Positions 36,822 through 46,407 of a stretch of 64,000 nucleotides of DNA are shown piece after piece. Source of the DNA: a virus. Taxonomy: Duplodnaviria; Caudoviricetes. The stretch is from positions 32,001-96,000 of the IMG/VR virus record IMGVR_UViG_3300025389_001172; one strand, given 5' to 3'. Position 1 is the first letter of the stretch, and each line of letters starts with the position of its first letter. Below the pieces are notes generated by a model. It was not told where the DNA came from and made no database searches. It saw only the letters and a program-made list of their open reading frames with translations. The translations under genes were made by a program, and so were the position numbers.

Positions 36822-37526
36822 ATGACATACATCAAGACAGAAGAAACAAACAACGATATCATTATCAAGAAAGATGGGGAATTCAGTTCTCCTATGGGCA
36901 AACTATTGTATCAGGCATTTGACAATGCGGTAAATGACCAGTTTAAGATCACAGAAGAAGTATTAGCCATGTTGGGCATGAGTGGAAGGAAGTATCGTAA
37001 ATTTATCAATAACCTCATAGAGACCATGCCAGATCCCCGATATCTCGAAACAGGCAGTCTCAAAGGAAGCACAGTCTGTGCGGCCATGTATGGCAACCGG
37101 CTCAAGGCCACCTGTATCGAAAGCTGGCATTGGCCCGTACATCGTCCAGATTTTTTCACCAACACAGACAGCGTGAGAACCAGCGATGTAGATTTCACTC
37201 TTATCGAAAGCGATTTCCGTGCTGTTGATTATAACAACATCGGCAAATACAATGTCTATCTATTTGACGGACCTCACTCGGCTAGAGATCAATACGATGG
37301 AGTATATCTAGCACAGCCTGCGCTAGATGATACCTATATCTTGATCGTAGACGACTGGAACTGGCAAGATGTACAACATGGTACATGGTCAGCTTTGAAA
37401 TATCTCAACTGCCGGGTCACGGACATAATCGAAGTCTTTGCTACCGAGCACGGTCCAGAAGTTGGTAAAGGTAATGAAACCAGCGAATGGCACAAAGGAT
37501 ATTTTTTCGCAGTCGTTGAAAAATGA
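36822..37526 (+). CDS. SAM-dependent methyltransferase
   Basis: YLETGSLKGST, YLFDGPH, LIVDDWNW. Confidence 0.8.
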   Translation: MTYIKTEETNNDIIIKKDGEFSSPMGKLLYQAFDNAVNDQFKITEEVLAMLGMSGRKYRKFINNLIETMPDPRYLETGSLKGSTVCAAMYGNRLKATCIESWHWPVHRPDFFTNTDSVRTSDVDFTLIESDFRAVDYNNIGKYNVYLFDGPHSARDQYDGVYLAQPALDDTYILIVDDWNWQDVQHGTWSALKYLNCRVTDIIEVFATEHGPEVGKGNETSEWHKGYFFAVVEK

Positions 37527-38281
37527 GACTAGCACTGATCACTGGAGGACAACCTAGGTTTACTCCAGATTTTACTGACCTAATGAATCAATTGACAGGA
37601 TTTGATTCTGCTGATATCTATATGACCTTATGGAAATCAGAATGGGCTTCTACAGAATCTCAAGCACGATCTAAGATAGAAAATATACTGTTGCCTAATT
37701 ATAATCTCGCCAAGGTTGATGTCGTAGACTTTCCAGAATATGAATTTCCTCCGCACAAGGATCCTATCGCTGACCCTGCACCAGAAAATACCCATTGGTG
37801 GTATAAGCGTGTCATGGGCCAGATAATTAGTCTATCTATGGTATATGATCTATTAGAAGGTGAATACGATGCTGTAGTTAGATTCAGGCTAGATGCTTCT
37901 CTTGACAGACCTATCGATATCAACAATTATGATTTAAAACGAGATCCTATTATTTTTCCCAACGGTCCGGTCACTGGATTTCCAGGTTATGAATGCAACG
38001 ACATGTTTGCCATAGGTACGCAGGAAGCGATGAAACTCTACTGTTCTTTAGGTAAAAATTATCTAGATATGATACCTTTAGCTGATCCCCATTGGGAAAC
38101 ATCCGATCATGGTCCTTGGAGAGGTGAGTGGTTATTAGGTACCTGGCTCAAGCACAACAACTATCCATCTCCTTTGTATCAAGGTGAATTTAATATGAGA
38201 TTGAATACCTATGGTAGATCAAAATACACTGACAAGCACTATCATCATAGAATAGCAACAGACCCTACCGGCAATCAATGA
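37523..38281 (+). CDS. Putative glycosyltransferase-like protein
   Basis: MRLALITGGQPR..YDAVVRFRLD..NDMFAIG. Confidence 0.65.
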   Translation: MRLALITGGQPRFTPDFTDLMNQLTGFDSADIYMTLWKSEWASTESQARSKIENILLPNYNLAKVDVVDFPEYEFPPHKDPIADPAPENTHWWYKRVMGQIISLSMVYDLLEGEYDAVVRFRLDASLDRPIDINNYDLKRDPIIFPNGPVTGFPGYECNDMFAIGTQEAMKLYCSLGKNYLDMIPLADPHWETSDHGPWRGEWLLGTWLKHNNYPSPLYQGEFNMRLNTYGRSKYTDKHYHHRIATDPTGNQ

Positions 38282-39024
38282 TCAAGATTATAAAAGAGCT
38301 GAAAGGATTTTCCGGAAATCGTATCTTCTTGGTGGATAACGATAACAGATTGTCGATAAGGAAAAGAGGCAGTGTGGCTCGAAATATAGAAAGAATGAGG
38401 GCACTGGCAGATCAATATCCAGTGCCAAAGATATACGCCTATACCAAAAACAGCCTGGAGATGGAGTACATACATGGGCTGGATATACGTTCATATCTAA
38501 AAATATACCCCTATGAAACTTTATTGAATTTCATCGAGGATACCTTGGATAGATTTAAGCAGACTTCCGTACCCAAAGACTATTCAGAAATTTATAAGAA
38601 TAAATTATCAAAGATAGATCGTATCAGTGACCTGGGATTTAGCCAAGACGAGCTATTCAATCGACTACCGAAGATCCTACCTGCATCGGTCTATCACGGT
38701 GATATGACTTTAGAAAATATCATCTACAACATCAACACAGGCAAGTTCGTGTTGATAGATCCTGTTACCACAGAGTATGACTCTTACATATTCGATATAG
38801 CCAAGATGCGACAGGATCTACATTGTGGATGGTTTATCAGGAACGATCCGGTCATGATTGATGTTAAAATAAAACATATACAACAGCAACTCTTCTCTCG
38901 TTATCCAGAATCAAACAATGACTATCTATTGATACTGATGTTGTTGAGAGTCTACTGCTATACCACCCCTGGTTCATTTGAACACAGATTTCTCACAGAA
39001 AGGATACAATCACTATGGAAGTAA
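38278..39024 (+). CDS. APH/choline-kinase-like phosphotransferase
   Basis: GFSG, MEYI, YHGDMTLENI, LIDP, DIAK. Confidence 0.82.
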   Translation: MIKIIKELKGFSGNRIFLVDNDNRLSIRKRGSVARNIERMRALADQYPVPKIYAYTKNSLEMEYIHGLDIRSYLKIYPYETLLNFIEDTLDRFKQTSVPKDYSEIYKNKLSKIDRISDLGFSQDELFNRLPKILPASVYHGDMTLENIIYNINTGKFVLIDPVTTEYDSYIFDIAKMRQDLHCGWFIRNDPVMIDVKIKHIQQQLFSRYPESNNDYLLILMLLRVYCYTTPGSFEHRFLTERIQSLWK

Positions 39025-40037
39025 TAGTACCGGCAGCAGGATTATCTACTAGATTTCCCAATATGCGACCAAAATATACCCTGACTGATTTCTCAGGCAA
39101 GCTGATGCTGGAAAGATCAATAGCACCTTTCTTGGGCAAACATCACATCACTGTGGGAATATTGAAAGAACACAATGATCAATATCATACTGGTCGATAT
39201 ATAGAAGACAACTATCCAGATCAGATATCTGTGGTCATTCTAGAAAATCGCACACAGGGTCCTGCTGACACTGTTGATCAGATCATCAAGCAGGCAGGAT
39301 TCACTTCTGAACCTATCCTAGTCAAAGACTGCGACAGTTTCTTTGACTATCCAGCCACTGACGAAAATGCCGTCTGTGTGGCCCGGGTAGAAGACTACGA
39401 AGTGATCAAAAGACTAGCTGCCAAAAGTTTTATCATAAGCAATGATCAAGGAATCGTTATAGATATCATAGAAAAACAGGTGGTGTCTAACAAATTCTGC
39501 GTAGGTGGATATAAATTCAAATCAGCTGATATGTTCACCTCCGCATATCAACAGTTGCGTGATGCACAGATCAAAGAAATATTCGTCAGCCATGTGATAG
39601 AACAGTGTCTCGATCTTGGAGCCATATTCAAAGAACATGTAGTATCAAACTACGTAGATGTAGGAACCGCAGAAGAATGGTTCGAATACAATGATAAAAG
39701 CGTTATATTCTGTGATATAGATGGAACCATCGTCCGAGCACAGGGTAGGCACGAGTGGAATGATGTTCCAACTCCCTTAGCAGATAATATCTCTAGACTA
39801 CAGGAATTAGTAGCACAGGGCAGTAAGATAATTTTCACCACCGCACGTCCCGCACGGGCACATCAGAGAACCTACGAAATGCTGGTAGAATTGGGATTTA
39901 GAGACTTCGAATTGATCAGCAATTTACCCAATGTCAAACGAGTACTGATAAACGACTATAACAATGCCAATCCGTATCCACGAGCCATAGCCGTTAATCT
40001 CCGGAGAGATTCGGATAATCTCCGTGATTTTTTCTAA
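39015..40037 (+). CDS. Nucleotidyltransferase fused to a HAD-family phosphatase
   Basis: IVPAAGLSTRF..PK N-domain; FCDIDGT, FTTAR, LIND C-domain. Confidence 0.85.
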   Translation: MEVIVPAAGLSTRFPNMRPKYTLTDFSGKLMLERSIAPFLGKHHITVGILKEHNDQYHTGRYIEDNYPDQISVVILENRTQGPADTVDQIIKQAGFTSEPILVKDCDSFFDYPATDENAVCVARVEDYEVIKRLAAKSFIISNDQGIVIDIIEKQVVSNKFCVGGYKFKSADMFTSAYQQLRDAQIKEIFVSHVIEQCLDLGAIFKEHVVSNYVDVGTAEEWFEYNDKSVIFCDIDGTIVRAQGRHEWNDVPTPLADNISRLQELVAQGSKIIFTTARPARAHQRTYEMLVELGFRDFELISNLPNVKRVLINDYNNANPYPRAIAVNLRRDSDNLRDFF

Positions 40038-40102
40038 TTAAATGCACATATAATTAAGATTATATACGTAGTAAATACTTGAACACATACAAGGAGCGAA
40101 CC

Positions 40103-40381
40103 ATGGATGTTTTCAAGATCATAGCTGATCTGGGTATGCCAGTAGCGGCAGCCTTAGCAGGTGGCTATTTCATTTTTCTCACAATCAAACTGCTATTACA
40201 GGGTGTGCTGGGCAGTATCAAAGGCATGGCCGGCATTATCACAGCCCTAGACAATCGTGTCAAAACCATGAATCACGATGTTATACGTATCGATACCGTG
40301 GTAAGCAACGCACTAGGTCTACGCCCTGATGTGGATCGTATCAGTCGTGCTGACGGTAAAACTGATGCGAGGAGAGATTAA
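40103..40381 (+). CDS. Small membrane protein
   Basis: IADLGMPVAAAL TM segment; ALDNRVKTMNHDVIRI; similar to 40717..41091. Confidence 0.7.
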   Translation: MDVFKIIADLGMPVAAALAGGYFIFLTIKLLLQGVLGSIKGMAGIITALDNRVKTMNHDVIRIDTVVSNALGLRPDVDRISRADGKTDARRD

Positions 40382-40566
40382 TGTTCCATTATGATTACTC
40401 ATGGGATCTGTTTCCTAACTATCTTAGACTAGACGACGAACTTCCTACTGATCACCTAGGGTGGAAACATGGAGACCTATTCCGTTTTGAAGAAGTCGAT
40501 GGAATAAGGATGCTGAAGAAGGTTGACCCTTTGGAAAAATTCGTGAGAGGATATGGAGATGAATAA
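40381..40566 (+). CDS. Hypothetical protein
   Basis: Coupled ORF. Confidence 0.55.
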   Translation: MFHYDYSWDLFPNYLRLDDELPTDHLGWKHGDLFRFEEVDGIRMLKKVDPLEKFVRGYGDE

Positions 40567-40716
40567 GTGGGCTAAATGGTATGACAGCCAACCACAGCAT
40601 GTTAAAAACTGGATGGATCAACCGAGAGCACTATGGTATGATAGCGATATGTGGAAAGCAGGATTCGTAGGAATGTTTGTTGGAATAGTAATAGGAATAA
40701 TATTTAGAGGATAATC

Positions 40717-41091
40717 ATGGATATCGCTGAGTTAATTAATAAGTTTGGGTTTCCTATAGTCATGGCATTGGGCATGGGATATATTATAAAATATGTATGG
40801 GAATGGTCAACGAAAGAAGTCAAACCTGTTATCTCAGAAGCTAATACAGTTCTCATAGCTCTTATCGATCGGATCCGTATGCTAGACAACGATTTGATAC
40901 GATTAAATCAAAAGGTCAATACTGTGTTGACCATACGCGGTAAAATGATTGAAAGTGATCGTGTCATGGAGACCGCTCTAGTTGAAGCACAGGCCAACAA
41001 GAAATTCCACGACGCGATGGAAGAAGCTGACAAACTCGCTGGCAAAAATAAAACGTCAGATGACCGAGAAGCAGCCGGCGGCAACGGTTAA
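40717..41091 (+). CDS. Small membrane protein, paralog of 40103..40381
   Basis: INKFGFPIVMAL TM segment; ALIDRIRMLDNDLIRL. Confidence 0.7.
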   Translation: MDIAELINKFGFPIVMALGMGYIIKYVWEWSTKEVKPVISEANTVLIALIDRIRMLDNDLIRLNQKVNTVLTIRGKMIESDRVMETALVEAQANKKFHDAMEEADKLAGKNKTSDDREAAGGNG

Positions 41092-41140
41092 TTTTCTCCC
41101 ATATCTATAATCTAATAAATATTCATAATAGGAATGAATC

Positions 41141-42112
41141 ATGGTCATTAGTTTCGGAGCTGGTATACAAATCGGAGTAGGCGCACCGAATCCCAACGCT
41201 ATAGGAGTCGGTCTCCCTACGGTTGTCCCTCCATTGACATCATATAGTGTTAACTATTTGGTAGTGGCTGGTGGCGGCGGTGGTGGTGGTTATTATGGAG
41301 CAGGTGGTGGTGCTGGTGGATTGCTCACAGGAACTTTTACGGCTAATGTTGGAAGTACATACACAGTCCGTGTGGGTAGTGGTGGAACAGGTGGTCCAGG
41401 GACAATTCCAGGAGCCGGCGCCACAAGTGGAACTAACTCTACAATAACAGGTACGGGGATCTCTATCGTGACCTACGGGGGAGGATATGGGGGTATTACA
41501 TGCAGTCCTAACTCGTCTGGAGGACCAGGAGGGTCTGGAGGAGGATTTGCAAATTTTACTCCCTTTTTAAGCCCCACGCAGAAAGTTGGTGCAGGCACAC
41601 CCGGCCAAGGTAATCCTGGCGGATCTGGCGGACCAGGCGGGAGCCAGAACACTTACAGAGGTGGTGGAGGTGGCGGTGCTGGCGGTGTTGGTGGTACAGG
41701 AGTTTTTGCCGGCCTTTGCCAGCCTACAGGACACGGCCCAGGACAGAATCATGCAGGAAATGGCGGAACGGGAACCAACAGCAAGATCACAGGAACACCT
41801 ACCTACTATGCGGGAGGTGGCGGTGCTGGTGGTCCAGGAACTGCCTGCTCGCCTGGTACTGCCAGTGGTTATGGCGGACTCGGTGGTGGTGGGGGTCGTG
41901 AAACACCAGGAAAGACCAATACCGGAGGTGGTGGCGGTGGTGGTGCTGGCTATCCTGCAGGAAAAGGTGGTTCTGGTATAGTGGTAATCAGCTACGAATA
42001 CAACTCACAACTGGGCACAGGCGGCAACTCGATCTACAGCACCGCTACGGGATTGACGACCAATACCAATTGGGTCCATGTGTTTACGACAAGCGGATTC
42101 TATATAGCCTAA
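41141..42112 (+). CDS. Glycine-rich virion/fibre-associated protein
   Basis: YLVVAGGGGGG..GGGGAGG, NTGGGGGG, GGSGIVVI, HVFTTSG. Confidence 0.8.
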   Translation: MVISFGAGIQIGVGAPNPNAIGVGLPTVVPPLTSYSVNYLVVAGGGGGGGYYGAGGGAGGLLTGTFTANVGSTYTVRVGSGGTGGPGTIPGAGATSGTNSTITGTGISIVTYGGGYGGITCSPNSSGGPGGSGGGFANFTPFLSPTQKVGAGTPGQGNPGGSGGPGGSQNTYRGGGGGGAGGVGGTGVFAGLCQPTGHGPGQNHAGNGGTGTNSKITGTPTYYAGGGGAGGPGTACSPGTASGYGGLGGGGGRETPGKTNTGGGGGGGAGYPAGKGGSGIVVISYEYNSQLGTGGNSIYSTATGLTTNTNWVHVFTTSGFYIA

Positions 42113-42113
42113 T

Positions 42114-42815
42114 ATGAACATAATATTATATACTCTAATAGTGACGCACATCACCATCATATCAGTGACACTGTATCTGCATCGTGGTCAGGCACACAGA
42201 GGAATCACGTTCCACCCTATCTTAGAACATTTCATGCGTTTTTGGCTATGGCTTACCACAGGTATGATAACCAAACAGTGGGTGGCCATACATCGCAAGC
42301 ATCATCAATACTCAGATAAACCAGGTGATCCACACTCACCTCACGTATATGGTATCAAGAACATATTTTTGAGAGGAGTGTACTATTATTATCTAGCTGC
42401 CAAAGACTCTCGCATGACATTGACCTATGGTCGAGGTACTCCCGATGATTGGATAGAACGCAAGCTATACTCTAAACATAGCCGTCTAGGAGTAACCTTG
42501 ATGGGCTTTATAAATCTAGCCCTATTCGGCCCTTGGGGATTATTAGTATTGTTGGTTCAAATATTTTGGATACCGTTCTGGGCCGCAGGTGTAGTTAATG
42601 GCCTAGCCCATTGGTGGGGTTATAGAAATGGAGAAACTCGTGATAGATCTAGAAATCTTGTACCTATAGATTTTATCGTTGGCGGTGAGCTCTTGCACAA
42701 TAATCACCATCTTGATCCAGCTAATCCTAAAATGAGTCGTCGTTGGTTTGAGTTTGACATTGGTTGGATGTGGTTAGGCATATTTAGAATATTAAGGCTT
42801 GCTAAACTACGTTAA
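42114..42815 (+). CDS. Membrane fatty-acid (delta-9 acyl-CoA type) desaturase
   Basis: His boxes HRGQAH, HRKHH, HNNHH; GDPHSP; EFDIGW. Confidence 0.93.
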   Translation: MNIILYTLIVTHITIISVTLYLHRGQAHRGITFHPILEHFMRFWLWLTTGMITKQWVAIHRKHHQYSDKPGDPHSPHVYGIKNIFLRGVYYYYLAAKDSRMTLTYGRGTPDDWIERKLYSKHSRLGVTLMGFINLALFGPWGLLVLLVQIFWIPFWAAGVVNGLAHWWGYRNGETRDRSRNLVPIDFIVGGELLHNNHHLDPANPKMSRRWFEFDIGWMWLGIFRILRLAKLR

Positions 42816-44855
42816 TCACTTCTCCGTTGCTATCCATTCGCCGTTCCAGTTGGGTGGTAAATCTTGTTGCTTCATAAACTCGCAACGTTCAATCCAAATC
42901 TTGTAGTACTTGTCCATTTGTCCACCGAAGCTGCCTTTTAGTTGTTTACACAGGTCGGCAGCTTCATCAAACTTCTTGGCTTTATATAAGTCATGCATCG
43001 CTTCATGCTGTTCTTGATCCTTACTGTAATCGTTACCTTTGGTACGTAGTGCTGTATAGATCAAGTCCGCCACTGTTTTGCCTTTTGGTTGTAGATTATC
43101 TAACATCAGGTAGAAGAAATCATCTCGAGTACGATTGTAGGTTTCTGCACCGATAATACATAGCACACCATAAGCCTTGCAACGTGCTTCTAGTCGTGCC
43201 GCAGTTGAAACCATATCTCCCAAGATGTCGTAACCGTGTCTATCAGTTGATCCCATCTCACCAATGAAGCCAATACCTGAATTACACCCCCAACCCATTG
43301 CGGCTGGTGGCAGGCCTTTGGCTTCCATGATCTTGGTATACTCATCTACACGGTCCAACATCTCTAGTCCTACTCGAACCATTGTACGAGCGTGGTTGGG
43401 ATCTTCTATAGGAGCACCATGGATGTGCATACTGGCATCGCCCACATACTTGATGATCATACCTTTGTTTTCTATCATTGGCTGGCTGATAGCATCCATG
43501 TAGCCATTCATGTACTGACCGAGGCCTGCTACATCATCACCGTAGTGTTCGCCGATAGGAGTGAATCCACGTAGATCAGAGAACATGACGCTGACATCTT
43601 TACGCACACCACGTTTGATTAAGTCTGGATCTTTTTGTAGCATCTCTACCACTTCTTTAGAGCAGTAGCCGGCAAACTGTTTCTTTATCTGAAGTTTTTC
43701 CAAGTACTCAGCCACAAACTTAACTCCATAAGCATGGAGCATGACAAGGACAAGAGCACCACAGATATAAGCACCATCTCCAAGCCAAAGATTCTGCACA
43801 AAAAGATAACGACTGAGGGCAACACAACCAATAGAACTAATAATACCAAAAAGAATGCCAACATAGGTCCACCTCGTTAAAAATAACAGTATAATGCCTA
43901 ATCCTGCCAAGGTCAATATCTCAGCCCCATCTGCCCAATCTGGACGCTGTATCGTCACACCATTGATCATTGTGGCCAACACAGCGGCCTGTACATCTGA
44001 CGGCCATACCGCACCCTTGGATGTTGGAACAGGATTACCTAGGCCCGCGGCTGTTACACCCACTATGACCACAGCACCGCCTAAATCTTTGGGTAGATCT
44101 ACAGCACTCACTGACCTGCTTTGCTGGCTCCAATCTATCCAGATACGACCAAAATTATCTGTGGTAATAGGACCAAACTTTGGAATACGCATCTTTTCTA
44201 CACCCAGCTCGTTCAGTTTGACCTGCACTGTGGTGTCCTGTGCCAGTACACGTAGAGCCTCCATGCTTAGGCTAGGATATAGTTTACCATCTATGGTAGC
44301 TATCAAAGGTATGCGGCGATTCACACCATCTATCTCAGGTAGTGTGTTTACTGTGCCTATGCCCACTGCTGATTCTTCTAGTTCTGGACGATTGGCGATC
44401 ATGCCCGGATAGGTTATGATACGATCTAGGTATTCAGGACCTAGTACTGCAGACCCTGGAGGTCTGGGTTCATTCTTGGTTTTCTGTGAGGGCATGTTGG
44501 GCAATACCACAGGATACTCAGCGAGTGTTTTTGCCAGTTGAGCATCCTTGCCCATACGATCTGGTTCGGCCATGAGCACGTTGAATACTACAAGTCCAGC
44601 CCCACGTCGATACAAATCTCGTATTAGTTTAGCATAACGATCTCTGGGCAGAGGCCATTGTCCATATTTGTCCAGAGTGGCTTCATCTATGTTGACCGTG
44701 ACTATGTTGTTTTCAGTAGGTGCTTTGCTGGTTATCAGAGTATCAAAATAACGCAAGCGGACACTTTCTACGAATGAAGGATCCCATATTCTAATGGCCA
44801 GCATGACGGCCAGTGTAATCAGGGCCATCCAAGGATTCAGTAAGATTTTTTTCAT
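42816..44855 (-). CDS. CHASE2-domain class III adenylate/guanylate cyclase
   Basis: IDEATL..GQWPLPR, DGVNRR (CHASE2); three TM helices; FSDLRGFT, KYVGD, GDMVSTAARLE. Confidence 0.93.
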   Translation of the reverse strand: MKKILLNPWMALITLAVMLAIRIWDPSFVESVRLRYFDTLITSKAPTENNIVTVNIDEATLDKYGQWPLPRDRYAKLIRDLYRRGAGLVVFNVLMAEPDRMGKDAQLAKTLAEYPVVLPNMPSQKTKNEPRPPGSAVLGPEYLDRIITYPGMIANRPELEESAVGIGTVNTLPEIDGVNRRIPLIATIDGKLYPSLSMEALRVLAQDTTVQVKLNELGVEKMRIPKFGPITTDNFGRIWIDWSQQSRSVSAVDLPKDLGGAVVIVGVTAAGLGNPVPTSKGAVWPSDVQAAVLATMINGVTIQRPDWADGAEILTLAGLGIILLFLTRWTYVGILFGIISSIGCVALSRYLFVQNLWLGDGAYICGALVLVMLHAYGVKFVAEYLEKLQIKKQFAGYCSKEVVEMLQKDPDLIKRGVRKDVSVMFSDLRGFTPIGEHYGDDVAGLGQYMNGYMDAISQPMIENKGMIIKYVGDASMHIHGAPIEDPNHARTMVRVGLEMLDRVDEYTKIMEAKGLPPAAMGWGCNSGIGFIGEMGSTDRHGYDILGDMVSTAARLEARCKAYGVLCIIGAETYNRTRDDFFYLMLDNLQPKGKTVADLIYTALRTKGNDYSKDQEQHEAMHDLYKAKKFDEAADLCKQLKGSFGGQMDKYYKIWIERCEFMKQQDLPPNWNGEWIATEK

Positions 44856-44863
44856 AGTAATAT

Positions 44864-45523
44864 TTATAGCAGGCGTTCTAGCCAGCGTTGATTTACAGCC
44901 TTGAGATCTATCAGTGTGACTACATCTGCTGTGTGGAATACAGGATCCCAGCTGGGGTCACTGACAACACAGGCACCTAGTTTTTGATAGACCTGTAGGA
45001 GTTTGGGTATAGCACCTGTTGAAGTATCTTCTTCAAGATAGGGATTCAAAGGCACAGCGTGAGCTCCATCTAGATATCTATAGGTTTCTCTCCAATGATC
45101 ACGTGCGGCGATCACAGCGGTTTCGCTAGGCTTAAGGCTGGTAGCTCCCATGATGTATTCACAGTTTAGGCGCTTGGATAGATCGAACAGATTACCCCAC
45201 AGCATGGGAATCACTGCGGCGTTGCGATAGTCTGGATGCACAGCGGCACGCCCTATCTCTAGTATCTTTGAGTGATCTAATTTTAGGTTGGCTAGATCAA
45301 ATTCGCTTTCTGTATAAAATCCTAGATCACTGTTGACTATGGCTCTGTAGTAGCCCACTACCTTGCGATCACTGACAGCTATCACGTGATAGGCATCTTG
45401 ATCCCATTGATCTTCATCTTGTTCAGGATCTATACCAAAAGCTGACTGCATCATCTTGGCTCGGAATTTAAGAGCAGATTCTATATCATCTTCATATCCT
45501 AGTATTTTGATCTTTAATGACAT
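44864..45523 (-). CDS. GNAT acyltransferase, ornithine-lipid synthase OlsB-like
   Basis: D..D..AYH, VVGYYR, FYTESEFDL, LEIGRAAVHPDYR, PKLLQVY..LGA, DPVFHTAD. Confidence 0.8.
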   Translation of the reverse strand: MSLKIKILGYEDDIESALKFRAKMMQSAFGIDPEQDEDQWDQDAYHVIAVSDRKVVGYYRAIVNSDLGFYTESEFDLANLKLDHSKILEIGRAAVHPDYRNAAVIPMLWGNLFDLSKRLNCEYIMGATSLKPSETAVIAARDHWRETYRYLDGAHAVPLNPYLEEDTSTGAIPKLLQVYQKLGACVVSDPSWDPVFHTADVVTLIDLKAVNQRWLERLL

Positions 45524-46407
45524 TACTGTATCTTGAACCTTACGTATTCTGTGATAAGGTCAGCTACATCTACATCACAATAGGTTTCAAAACCCTTGAA
45601 TCCTGGATTTGAGTTGGCTTCGCATACACGGAACCCACGGTCATCGAACAGCAGATCTACACCAGCTATGTCTAGATTAAGAGCTCGGGCGGTTTCACGA
45701 GCGATGTAGTCAATTTCATCTGTGATCTCATATCGGCTACCAGTACCGCCACCTGTTATGTTAGCACGGAAATCACCTTCTGGTGCTGTGCGTAGCATGG
45801 CCCCCATGACCTTACCACCTATGACCAACACTCGCAGATCCTCACCTGGGCGATCACCTAGATATTCCTGCACGATCATGGTCTTCTTGTTGCCTAGATT
45901 TTCTACGAACTCTACTAATTTCTTGTAGTCTTTCTTACGCTCGCAGAGATGCACGCCTTCGCCATATGAACCTGTTACCACTTTGACCACACAGGGGAAT
46001 CCTATGTTGTCCGTCACCAGGCGATCTTCTATGGGCCAACGTACCAACATGGTGTTGGGTATGGCTATGCCCGCACGGCTCAGGATCTGGCTACTGCGAA
46101 GTTTGTCTTTGACAGTTTCTATGGCCATACTGCCATTTACACAGGGAACACCTGCCTGTTCGAAATGTCGTATAACAGCCAATTGGAAAGGCAGGATGCC
46201 AGCACCTAGCCTGACTAGGACTAATCGTGGCAGTTCCATGTCCTGACCTTTGTATTTGATACCACTCTTGATGTTGCGATCCACGATGATATCAAAATCA
46301 TCAGGATGGCAGGCACGAGCTTCTATACCTTTGGCAGCGAAGCTTTCTATGAGTCTAGTAGACTCATATTCGTTCCGTTCGTTTTTAGTCAAGATCAATA
46401 CTGTCAT
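45523..46407 (-). CDS. rimK: RimK-family ATP-grasp amino-acid ligase
   Basis: DKLRS, FPCVVK..GSYGEGV, VQEY, DLRVLVIG, DFRANITGGG, AGVDLL, EANSNPG. Confidence 0.9.
   Translation of the reverse strand: MTVLILTKNERNEYESTRLIESFAAKGIEARACHPDDFDIIVDRNIKSGIKYKGQDMELPRLVLVRLGAGILPFQLAVIRHFEQAGVPCVNGSMAIETVKDKLRSSQILSRAGIAIPNTMLVRWPIEDRLVTDNIGFPCVVKVVTGSYGEGVHLCERKKDYKKLVEFVENLGNKKTMIVQEYLGDRPGEDLRVLVIGGKVMGAMLRTAPEGDFRANITGGGTGSRYEITDEIDYIARETARALNLDIAGVDLLFDDRGFRVCEANSNPGFKGFETYCDVDVADLITEYVRFKIQ

Noticed and set aside
41586-41981. Alternative-frame Val-rich ORF inside the glycine-rich gene
   Set aside because: A by-product of GGT repeats read in another frame
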